A program made the translations under genes and the position numbers. This document shows positions 27,878 through 35,411 of a stretch of 35,411 nucleotides of DNA, piece after piece. The stretch lies in the IMG/VR virus record IMGVR_UViG_2654587746_000006, positions 1-35,411 of that record. One strand, given 5' to 3'. How positions within the stretch are numbered: position 1 is the first letter of the stretch; every line of letters begins with the position of its first letter. The stretch is from a virus. Taxonomy: Duplodnaviria > Heunggongvirae > Uroviricota > Caudoviricetes. Under the pieces are notes generated by a model. The model was not told the origin of the DNA. It worked only from the letters and a program-made list of their open reading frames with translations, and ran no database searches.

Positions 27878-27969
27878 TATAATAATCTTACTGATGTAAA
27901 ACGTTTTTTTACGTTCATCAGCCTGATATGCCTGGTATTATTAAGAGCACGGATTGTTAACCCGCGTGA

Positions 27970-30384
27970 TTAATACAGGTTCCGCCACTTATCATCTTCC
28001 TGCAAACGCTGGTTCCGATAGAAGATACGCAGGCCTGCTCCTGACGGAATACTGCCACCGCGAAGGAGCAAATCGACCTCTTTCTCGCTGCCATCAAATC
28101 CTCTGGACTTCAGTTCATAGACGAGTTGCTGACGCTGATACTCTGTAATTCGCTGTTTGTAGTCTTTACGCCGTTTCGGTTTAACCAGGCGTAATCTTGC
28201 TGCCAGTTCCCGGCGCTCTTTTTTGCTCATACTGTGCAGGTAATCGTGCAACTCCTTGTCATCCATGCGGGTGATATCCGTTCTGGTATCCCCATCAGCT
28301 GATTTGTCTTTCCCTTGTTGGTTCAAATTTTCAGCAAGGGGACAGTTATTGCCACGAGTCCAAGGGGCGCAAGCGCCCTGGTCGGCTGCCGCCTCCTGAA
28401 CGTCAACGGCCTTACGAACCATTTTCCACTTCACTGCATGAGTGCAGATCTTGCCCTCTGCAATGGGTGACCAGATGCCATAAATACGAATACCGTGATC
28501 ACCATAGGCGGTCGGCTCTTCGTTGATTTCATAAGCGGTTCTGATCAAGTGATATTTGCGGGGAACCAACACGCCGCCCTGCTTCATAATGTAGGTGGCA
28601 AAACAGCCAGCATCAGCAGCAGCCAGAATGGCATCAAGACGCGGATCATCCAGTACCGGCGCACCTGCTTTTTTGTCACCCTGCTGCCTTGCCGCCTGAC
28701 CAGCCAGCAATCGCAGTTCACGGTAAGCCTGACGCCCCGGAATGCCAAAGAAGCGGAATTGCTGAACACGATGCAGAGACGCCCAGGCATTAACGTATTC
28801 AGCGTTATCACGCAGGGATTTACCCGTTTCCTTGCTGATCTCGCCAGCCAGACCACGCCCGTCAATGTTCTTACTGATGTATTTCGCGATGTAGCTTGTC
28901 GGCGTTCCTTTGCGCGGGTTAATCAGCTCAGACTTAAAGCGTGGCCCCGTGTTATTGCCCAGTTCCTCGCGGTCTTCACGGATGGCAAACTTACGCAGTA
29001 ATGCAGTGATGGCGCGGCGGTCTTTTTTACGTATGAAGCACATGAGATGCCAGTGCACAGTACCGTCATGATGCGGCTCAGCCACCCGCACGCCATACCA
29101 CCGCAATCCGGCTTTGTGCATCGCCTTACGAAATGCAGCAAACATGCCGACCAGATAATCACTGCTTTGTCTTACCGTCGCATTTGTCCAGGTCGGGTTT
29201 GGTCTGCCGTTATTGAGCGTGGAATGGAAACGTGACGGACAGGTGATGGTGTAGAAAACGGCGCAGTCACCGCGCATTTCCGCGATAAGCTCCAGACCTT
29301 TAACGCAGGCCATCATCTCATTGCGGCGATGTGCCGGGTTGCTGCTGCTGGCGTTTACCACATCTTCCATATCCAGCGTGTCTCCGTCTTCGTTCACCAG
29401 TTCATGAGAACGGAAAAACTCCAGCGACTTGCGGCGCTGCTCACGTTTATGCGTCACTGCTTCATAGCTGACATAGGGAGATGCTTTTTTGCTGACCAGA
29501 CAGACAGCACGCAACTGCTCTTCCCGCCATTCGCAACGCATCTTCCACAATTTTCGATACCACCAGTCGGCGCAAAGCATACGTGCCAGCGAACCCGGTA
29601 TGAGTTCATAGGGCACAGGTTTGCGGCGGTTTCTTTTCCGACGAAGTTTCTCAAACGCAGGCGGGATAACATCCAGACGCAGGGTTTCCGCAGCCACCTT
29701 TTCCCATGTCTTGCGGATTTCTTCTGGCTTAACGTCATCGGTGGCGTACAAATCACCACAAGCGGCCTCAAGACACATGCTCATATGCGCTGCTACCAGG
29801 GTGGACAGGCGTTTCACCTGATCCTGGCTCATTTCAGGCAGGATCAGCAGCCCCTCCAGCCCTTGATGGCTTGCCATAAAACGGAAAGAAACAGATAGCT
29901 GACTGTCACGTACACAATCCAGTCGCTCCAGACATGGCTTAATCGTCTCACGCAAATAGCGGGAATAAGCCTTTGGCCTGCCCAGGCTGCTGAAGTATTC
30001 GATACGTTGCATCAGCGGCTTGCTGATATGAGAAGGCTGGGCGCTGACATCTGCCAGAATGACCATGTCCGGGTTAAAACGCTGCTGCTCATGCGCCAGC
30101 TTTGCCCGGCTAATGAGCTTATCCTGCTCCATTTCGCGCTGGACAGGATCACGGGATTCATTAAAGAAATAACGCTCCCAGACCTGCTCACTCAGTGCCT
30201 CGCGGCGCAGTTGTTCCTGCTCGTTATCGGCAGCGTACAGAGTGATCAGGTTTGAAAGTGCAGACTCCGGCGCAACTTCCGCCGGATCCAGATAAGGGTT
30301 AATGGCCTTTTTCGGGCCGTTCCATGAAAATGCTGCGGCAGCCTCGTTAAAGCCGCTAGAGTTGCTCATATCGTCATGACTCAT
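27970..30384 (-). CDS. Replication initiation protein, P2 gpA-like rolling-circle nickase
   Basis: 804-aa ORF with HUH-type and tyrosine motifs (TVHWHLMCF; [10 protein letters not shown]); last gene of the early operon. Confidence 0.88.
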   Translation of the reverse strand: MSHDDMSNSSGFNEAAAAFSWNGPKKAINPYLDPAEVAPESALSNLITLYAADNEQEQLRREALSEQVWERYFFNESRDPVQREMEQDKLISRAKLAHEQQRFNPDMVILADVSAQPSHISKPLMQRIEYFSSLGRPKAYSRYLRETIKPCLERLDCVRDSQLSVSFRFMASHQGLEGLLILPEMSQDQVKRLSTLVAAHMSMCLEAACGDLYATDDVKPEEIRKTWEKVAAETLRLDVIPPAFEKLRRKRNRRKPVPYELIPGSLARMLCADWWYRKLWKMRCEWREEQLRAVCLVSKKASPYVSYEAVTHKREQRRKSLEFFRSHELVNEDGDTLDMEDVVNASSSNPAHRRNEMMACVKGLELIAEMRGDCAVFYTITCPSRFHSTLNNGRPNPTWTNATVRQSSDYLVGMFAAFRKAMHKAGLRWYGVRVAEPHHDGTVHWHLMCFIRKKDRRAITALLRKFAIREDREELGNNTGPRFKSELINPRKGTPTSYIAKYISKNIDGRGLAGEISKETGKSLRDNAEYVNAWASLHRVQQFRFFGIPGRQAYRELRLLAGQAARQQGDKKAGAPVLDDPRLDAILAAADAGCFATYIMKQGGVLVPRKYHLIRTAYEINEEPTAYGDHGIRIYGIWSPIAEGKICTHAVKWKMVRKAVDVQEAAADQGACAPWTRGNNCPLAENLNQQGKDKSADGDTRTDITRMDDKELHDYLHSMSKKERRELAARLRLVKPKRRKDYKQRITEYQRQQLVYELKSRGFDGSEKEVDLLLRGGSIPSGAGLRIFYRNQRLQEDDKWRNLY

Positions 30385-31238
30385 ACACGCACCTCGTACA
30401 CAGCAGAACTATCCACGCCACGCGAAGGATCAAATCCCATCCAGCAGCGCGACCCGGAAACAGCAATGATTTCTGTTGCAGATTTACTCTCGCCAGCTGA
30501 CACGCCGATGCTGCGTTTTGCCTTGATGTAGTGGTGAGTGAAATTGCGATACAGCGAACGGATCAGGGATGTGTCACTGTTAGAAACAATGACCGGATGA
30601 CCTTCTGATGATCGATATTCAAGAACGGATGCCAGGTGATACTGGTCATCTTCAGTGAAGCCGTCAGTGTGATAACCGGAAAACGTGCCGTCATACGGCG
30701 GATCGCAATACACCACATCCCCCGCCTTCAACATCGCCAGCGTTTCATCAAAGCTGGCGCAGATAAACGTTGCTCGCTGGGCCTTTTCTGCAAATGCGTG
30801 AATTTCTTTTTCAGGGAAATACGGATTTTTATAATTACCGTAGGGAATGTTGAAATGCCCGCTCTTGTTATAGCGACATAAACCACGGTAACCGTGACGA
30901 TTGAGATACAGGAAATATACCGCTTTCATGAAATCAGTAATTTCAGTTGAGTAATTAAACTCCTGCCTTATGTTGTAATAAGCTAGGTCACTGTTTGCTT
31001 CCTCAAACAAAGTTCTGGTCCGCGATATAAACGCCTCGCAATCAGCGGCAATCTTTTTATAGAGGTTGATTAAATCAGGATTAATATCCGCAACCAGATA
31101 GCTGGGGTAATCCGTCTCCATCATCACAGCACAGGAACCCGCGAAAGGTTCAACCAGTCGCGGGCCAGCAGGTAGGTATTTTTTCAGTTCGGACATAATT
31201 GCGGTTTTATTTCCCGCCCATTTCAGGATGGTGCTCAT
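30381..31238 (-). CDS. dam: DNA adenine methyltransferase (Dam-like, orphan)
   Basis: ~285 aa from Met [11 protein letters not shown]...; motif [11 protein letters not shown] and motif IV DPPY; stop overlaps A start; no adjacent restriction endonuclease gene. Confidence 0.88.
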   Translation of the reverse strand: MSTILKWAGNKTAIMSELKKYLPAGPRLVEPFAGSCAVMMETDYPSYLVADINPDLINLYKKIAADCEAFISRTRTLFEEANSDLAYYNIRQEFNYSTEITDFMKAVYFLYLNRHGYRGLCRYNKSGHFNIPYGNYKNPYFPEKEIHAFAEKAQRATFICASFDETLAMLKAGDVVYCDPPYDGTFSGYHTDGFTEDDQYHLASVLEYRSSEGHPVIVSNSDTSLIRSLYRNFTHHYIKAKRSIGVSAGESKSATEIIAVSGSRCWMGFDPSRGVDSSAVYEVRV

Positions 31239-31462
31239 ACAGCACCTCCGTTGTAATGTTTGCCTTTCAGCTCTGCGATTTCCTGACAGGTAATGCAAAG
31301 CTGCACTCCAGGAATGGCACGGCGGCGTGCTGGCGGAATTGGTGCTTCACATTCAATGCAAAGCACGCGAGACACGCCCGGTGTTTTGGCACGGGCAGCA
31401 CGGATATGGCGCTGGCGTTCTTCTTCAACGCGCTGCTGTACGAGATCCATTGCATCAGCCAT
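31235..31462 (-). CDS. DksA/TraR-family C4 zinc-finger protein
   Basis: 75 aa with CIECEAPIPPARRRAIPGVQLCITCQ; start overlaps upstream stop (TAATG). Confidence 0.8.
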   Translation of the reverse strand: MADAMDLVQQRVEEERQRHIRAARAKTPGVSRVLCIECEAPIPPARRRAIPGVQLCITCQEIAELKGKHYNGGAV

Positions 31463-31695
31463 TAGTGGATCTCCTGCGCTTCGTTCTGGATTGCTTCAGC
31501 GGTCACACGCAGCAGTTCTGCTGCTTCGACGTGGTTTAGCTGGCGGGATGTGATATGACACGCCAGGCTATCAAGGCGGGCAGCCATTGCCTCAGCCCTT
31601 GCCCGACGTTCTTCAAGTCGGGCCTCTGTCAGTAAAAGATTAAGACCTGCATCATCCGGTCCGGTTTTAGTCGTGAGGGTTTCAATATTACGCAT
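31462..31695 (-). CDS. Hypothetical early-operon protein
   Basis: ~77 aa from ATG (MRNIETLTTK...) with AGGAG RBS; translationally coupled to downstream gene. Confidence 0.6.
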   Translation of the reverse strand: MRNIETLTTKTGPDDAGLNLLLTEARLEERRARAEAMAARLDSLACHITSRQLNHVEAAELLRVTAEAIQNEAQEIH

Positions 31696-31762
31696 AATCA
31701 ATTCTCCTGAATTTAGATAAAGGGATGCCCGGCGGGTTTACGCCATGAATTTTATTTATTGG

Positions 31763-32104
31763 TTAATTCGGCATGGTTAGCCGTCTGGGAAATAAGCTCA
31801 CCACTGCACGAAAATGATTCATTGCTTTAATCAACTCCCGCTTTTCGTCAGTGGTCAGCTCATTAATGCTGATGCTATGACGTTCAGCTGGAATTTTTGC
31901 CATAAAGAATATGGCAGCCAGTGCTCGTTTATTTTGTTCGTTATTGATATCCCGTGGATCACGCATATCTTTAATAAACCGCTCAAGCTCTGACTCAATA
32001 TTCAGGCCAAATACTTTCGCCCTTAACTCCGCAATGTGATTAAGTCCATTCAGGCGTTCACCGGGGCTTAATGGAACAGTCGCCGCAGCGCCATTAATTG
32101 CCAT
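31763..32104 (-). CDS. Hypothetical early-operon protein
   Basis: 113-aa ORF with GGGGA RBS; no recognisable motif. Confidence 0.55.
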   Translation of the reverse strand: MAINGAAATVPLSPGERLNGLNHIAELRAKVFGLNIESELERFIKDMRDPRDINNEQNKRALAAIFFMAKIPAERHSISINELTTDEKRELIKAMNHFRAVVSLFPRRLTMPN

Positions 32105-32126
32105 AATTCATATCCCCAAAACGCAA

Positions 32127-32351
32127 CTATCGTTCTTTGTTCTTACGGTAACGTTCAAGAGGAGATACATTTTTTCGTATCGTTTCTTTAACCTGCTCTC
32201 CCCGTAAAAACGTCCCATCCCTTAGCGTGAAAAAGTAACTGCCATCGCCCGACAACGACGGATAACAACAGAGCAAATCATCTTCAGGTACTGAATAACT
32301 CTCCCCTCTGTAACGAAACTGATAAACCACTTCACTTTCCGCTGCATACAT
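32127..32351 (-). CDS. Hypothetical early-operon protein
   Basis: 74-aa ORF with GGAG RBS ~9 nt upstream; overlaps the end of an upstream ORF in another frame. Confidence 0.5.
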   Translation of the reverse strand: MYAAESEVVYQFRYRGESYSVPEDDLLCCYPSLSGDGSYFFTLRDGTFLRGEQVKETIRKNVSPLERYRKNKER

Positions 32352-32518
32352 TTTGACTTTCTCCGTTTCCTCGTGGTCAATTCAGACAGCAATTCATCTT
32401 GTGAATGACATGGATGCCAGCGTTTACCATCCTCACCCATGATCCAGCCGTGACCGTAGTGCATTGCCGGGCTTTGTTTTACCAGCAGCGATGCAAATGA
32501 TGGTTCTTTCGTCAGCAT
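32222..32518 (-). CDS. Hypothetical ORF overlapping the 74-aa gene (status uncertain)
   Basis: 98 aa from Met MLTKEP... with GAGGTG RBS 8 nt after cII stop; C-terminal third is Cys/Arg-rich and overlaps the next gene. Confidence 0.3.
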   Translation of the reverse strand: MLTKEPSFASLLVKQSPAMHYGHGWIMGEDGKRWHPCHSQDELLSELTTRKRRKSKCMQRKVKWFISFVTEGRVIQYLKMICSVVIRRCRAMAVTFSR

Positions 32519-32525
32519 AAGCACC

Positions 32526-33035
32526 TCACAGCAAACCGAATGAAGCACCGAGGCCAGTCACGGTATCAACTGCACTCGCCATCGCAGGATTAGCCTGTAA
32601 ACGGGCCTGCAATGAAACAGCAGCCAACGCCATCAGTCGTGTAACAGAGTTAATGCTGCTGATCGCATCACGACGGCCTGCACTGGTTTTTACATCGCCA
32701 GATACCGCACCTGCAGCAACACGCCCGATCTCTGCGGTTGCACTCATGACGTAATGTGGCAGTTTCTCTTTTGCCACCTCATTAATCGGTACACATGGCA
32801 GACAATGAATCTGTGCCAGAAAACCATCTACCAGCGTTGAATCTTCAGTCAGATCGGTAAGCAGCCAGATTTCTGGTGCGGTTAATAAATGAGGTTGAGC
32901 TGGGTTCAGCTTGTTCCGCAGAATCTGCACATTCATGCCAGCACGTTCTGCCAGTTGCACCAGGTTGTGGCGCAATGCGAATGCACGACAGGCTTCATCA
33001 AAATGTGGATGTTTGGAAACTTGGTAATCAAACAT
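32526..33035 (-). CDS. cII: CII-type lysogeny establishment regulator (186 CII / CP76 family)
   Basis: 169 aa from ATG ([19 protein letters not shown]...); matches my recollection of 186 CII in length and N-terminus. Confidence 0.8.
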   Translation of the reverse strand: MFDYQVSKHPHFDEACRAFALRHNLVQLAERAGMNVQILRNKLNPAQPHLLTAPEIWLLTDLTEDSTLVDGFLAQIHCLPCVPINEVAKEKLPHYVMSATAEIGRVAAGAVSGDVKTSAGRRDAISSINSVTRLMALAAVSLQARLQANPAMASAVDTVTGLGASFGLL

Positions 33036-33067
33036 GGTCAATGCCTCTGATGTATCTCAGAATCGAA

Positions 33068-33289
33068 CTAATTAAGGTTTAGATTGCATTCTGAAAGCGC
33101 ATCAACGGTCATTGCTGCTATGTTGATCATCACTTTTTCGCGTTTTTTATCTTTGCGCAGACGGTGACGGATAAGGCGTCCATCAGCCAACATGTCATTG
33201 ATGGTATCGATGGATAGCCCTGTCAGCTCGCTATAGCGTTCAATAGTCACATGAGGCGTGGTAAGAGTGATTGAAATGTTAGGTCTCAT
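33068..33289 (-). CDS. apl: Apl/Cox-like excisionase and lytic-promoter regulator
   Basis: 73-aa basic HTH-like ORF, first gene of the lytic operon, divergent from cI. Confidence 0.65.
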   Translation of the reverse strand: MRPNISITLTTPHVTIERYSELTGLSIDTINDMLADGRLIRHRLRKDKKREKVMINIAAMTVDALSECNLNLN

Positions 33290-33414
33290 GATGCAACATT
33301 CCTCGTTTAATGATGATTAATCAGGACGAATACGGATCGTTTGTATTTTGTGAACACCATAAACATACGATCGCGCAGTGAAATCGTCAAGATAAAAGTT
33401 CACTTGGAGTGACC

Positions 33415-33984
33415 ATGAATTTGGAGAAAGGCGGACGAGGCGCTATAGAGCGCATGGTAGAAGCTTATGGATTCAAGACTCGACAGGCGTTGTGCGATCA
33501 TTTAGGAATCTCTAAAAGTACACTCGCCACACGCTACATGCGTGACTCATTCCCAGCAGAATGGGTAATCCAGTGCGCCCTTGAAACAGGCACCTCGCTT
33601 AATTGGCTCACAACCGGGCATGGTTCAAAGCAAACTTCAGGTAATACAAATACTATGGAAGTTGCTAAATATGTATTATCTGATGGGGCCTTGTGTGAAG
33701 ACGGTTTTTATATTTTCGATAGAGAATTTCTACCGTCGGCATTCAAGAATCTTTTTGTAATCACAGATAATAATTCTGAATTTATTTGTGATAAGGAATT
33801 TGATGATATACGTGATGGTAAATGGGTAATAAGTATTGATGGCGAAATAACGATCCGTGACATTACTCGTTTACCCGGTGGAAGAATCTTCGTCGAGGGT
33901 GGAAACAGAGCCTTCGAATGCAAGATAGAAGACATTGAAATAATTGGTAAAATTATAAGTTTAACAGTCAAGTATGTTAAATAG
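33415..33984 (+). CDS. cI: Immunity repressor CI (186 type, no S24 peptidase domain)
   Basis: ~189 aa from ATG (MNLEKGGRGAIERMVEAYGF...ALETG..LNWLTTGHG); no Ser-Lys autoprotease motif seen; divergent from apl-like gene. Confidence 0.85.
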   Translation: MNLEKGGRGAIERMVEAYGFKTRQALCDHLGISKSTLATRYMRDSFPAEWVIQCALETGTSLNWLTTGHGSKQTSGNTNTMEVAKYVLSDGALCEDGFYIFDREFLPSAFKNLFVITDNNSEFICDKEFDDIRDGKWVISIDGEITIRDITRLPGGRIFVEGGNRAFECKIEDIEIIGKIISLTVKYVK

Positions 33985-33999
33985 TACCGGGAGGAAATT

Positions 34000-34191
34000 A
34001 TGCTTGGTAAGGTATTTTTTGTGGTTTTGTCATGTTCTTTGTTATTAAACCCACTAGCTACCTATGCTAGAAATTATCCCTGCTCAGGGAAAAAGGGAGG
34101 TGTTTCTCACTGTACCTCTGATGGCAAATTCGTTTGCAATGATGGAACTATTAGTAAATCCAAAAAAATCTGTACTAAAAACTCACGATAA
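34000..34191 (+). CDS. Small secreted Cys-rich protein (cargo between cI and int)
   Basis: 63 aa with GGGAGG RBS; signal peptide [23 protein letters not shown] then ~40-aa mature part with 4 Cys; AT-rich. Confidence 0.55.
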   Translation: MLGKVFFVVLSCSLLLNPLATYARNYPCSGKKGGVSHCTSDGKFVCNDGTISKSKKICTKNSR

Positions 34192-34379
34192 CTTTTGCTT
34201 TTATATCTGCGCCTAAAATAAAAATGAGCCACAGGTTAACCGCAAAAGTTACATGCTCACATAGCAAAAAGAATAGCCTACTTCATTATGGCTTCAGTGA
34301 GATGTATGGTCGCAGGATTTCATACATTGACACTGGTTATACATACAGTAAAAATGCTCTCTATTGGAGGGCATTTTTT

Positions 34380-35411
34380 ATGGCTGTACGAAAACTCACC
34401 ACAGGAAAATGGCTTTGCGAATGTTACCCCGCCGGACGTAGTGGGCGTCGTGTGCGTAAACAATTCGCCACCAAAGGCGAAGCACTGGCTTTTGAGCGTC
34501 ACACGATGGAAGAAACCGAAGCAAAGCCCTGGCTGGGTGAATCAGTGGATCGTCGAACACTGAAAGACGTGGTTGAGCTATGGTTCAAACTACATGGTAA
34601 ATCACTGACTGCTGGGCAGCATGTCTATGACAAATTGCTGCTGATGGTTGACGCTCTGGGCAATCCCCTTGCAACTGATCTCACATCTAAAATGTTTGCC
34701 CACTATCGAGATAAACGCCTGACAGGTGAGATCTACTTCAGCGAGAAATGGAAGAAAGGAGCAAGCCCGGTCACCATTAACCTGGAGCAAAGCTATCTAA
34801 GTAGTGTTTTTAGCGAACTATCCCGCCTGGGCGAATGGTCGTATCCGAACCCACTGGAGAACATGCGAAAATTCACCATCGCAGAAAAAGAGATGGCATG
34901 GCTTACCCATGAGCAGATTGTTGAATTGCTGGCTGATTGCAAACGTCAGGACCCAATTCTGGCACTGGTAGTTAAGATATGCTTAAGCACAGGCGCACGT
35001 TGGCGTGAAGCCGTAAATCTTACCCGCTCACAGGTGACCAAATACCGAATTACCTTTGTAAGAACGAAGGGGAAGAAAAACAGAAGCATCCCTATCAGTA
35101 AAGAGCTTTACGAAGAGATCATGGCGCTTGATGGGTTCAATTTCTTTACAGACTGCTATTTTCAATTTTTATCCGTGATGGAAAAAACGTCTATCGTGCT
35201 CCCTCGCGGTCAACTGACACACGTTCTGCGCCATACGTTTGCGGCGCACTTCATGATGTCGGGTGGAAATATCCTGGCCTTACAAAAAATTCTCGGGCAT
35301 CACGATATAAAAATGACTATGCGTTACGCACATCTGGCACCGGATCACCTGGAAACTGCATTACGGTTTAATCCGCTGGCAACACTACCAACATCAATAG
35401 CAAGTTTTTGA
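34380..35411 (+). CDS. int: Tyrosine integrase (P2/186 family)
   Basis: ~343 aa from Met MAVRKLTTGKWLCECYP... with GGAGG RBS; catalytic signatures TGARWREA, HVLRHTFAAH, MRYAHLAPDH; stop codon is the last 3 bases of the window. Confidence 0.9.
   Translation: MAVRKLTTGKWLCECYPAGRSGRRVRKQFATKGEALAFERHTMEETEAKPWLGESVDRRTLKDVVELWFKLHGKSLTAGQHVYDKLLLMVDALGNPLATDLTSKMFAHYRDKRLTGEIYFSEKWKKGASPVTINLEQSYLSSVFSELSRLGEWSYPNPLENMRKFTIAEKEMAWLTHEQIVELLADCKRQDPILALVVKICLSTGARWREAVNLTRSQVTKYRITFVRTKGKKNRSIPISKELYEEIMALDGFNFFTDCYFQFLSVMEKTSIVLPRGQLTHVLRHTFAAHFMMSGGNILALQKILGHHDIKMTMRYAHLAPDHLETALRFNPLATLPTSIASF

Larger units (their letters stand above)
2777..35411. mobile_element. P2/186-like prophage; ogr-side junction lies somewhere in 2621-2855, integrase-side junction beyond the window
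   Basis: Contiguous P2-order gene set (ogr, D, U, T, E/E', tube, sheath ... terminase, portal, cos-like site, A, CII, Apl-like, CI, int) abutting host ybjL; att core not identifiable from one end alone. Confidence 0.85.

Noticed and set aside
28495-29898. Plus-strand ORFs of 168 and 189 aa inside the replication gene A region
   Set aside because: Lie antisense within the 804-aa A gene, which carries rolling-circle Rep motifs; translations look non-native
1-35411. CRISPR arrays, tRNA/rRNA genes, IS elements or transposases
   Set aside because: No regularly spaced direct repeats, no cloverleaf-like or rRNA-like segments noticed by eye, and no transposase-like ORF; the only recombinase is the phage tyrosine integrase. 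A tRNA scan was not run, so a tRNA in 2621-2855 cannot be strictly excluded

Overview
The window holds the E. coli grxA-ybjM-ybjL chromosomal locus (1-2.7 kb) followed by a ~33 kb P2/186-like prophage. The prophage runs from its ogr/D end (~2.8 kb) to a tyrosine integrase whose stop codon is the last three bases of the window, so the integrase-side att site lies outside it. It has a complete-looking late region (tail D/U/T/E-E'/tube/sheath, fibre H plus assembly protein, baseplate I/J/W/V, tail completion S/R, lysis cassette, head L/M/N/O, terminase, portal), a 186-type immunity region (CI, Apl-like, CII), replication protein A and an early operon. Four cargo islands interrupt the backbone: (1) a retron between cos and the portal gene, made of an msr/msd-type ncRNA flanked by a perfect 13-bp inverted repeat and a 585-aa reverse transcriptase with a C-terminal TOPRIM-like domain; (2) an AT-rich acyltransferase-3 membrane protein between tail sheath and fibre-assembly genes; (3) a LexA-box-controlled small ORF plus DinI-like gene; (4) a secreted Cys-rich mini-protein between cI and int. 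An orphan Dam-like methyltransferase overlaps the start of A. The retron is the most notable system, but its architecture matches what I recall of the described E. coli Ec67 / Retron-Eco2 element, so it may not be new. No rRNA, tRNA, CRISPR array or IS element was recognised. All coordinates derived by eye from the sequence are approximate to a few bp; no GC content, search or alignment was computed.
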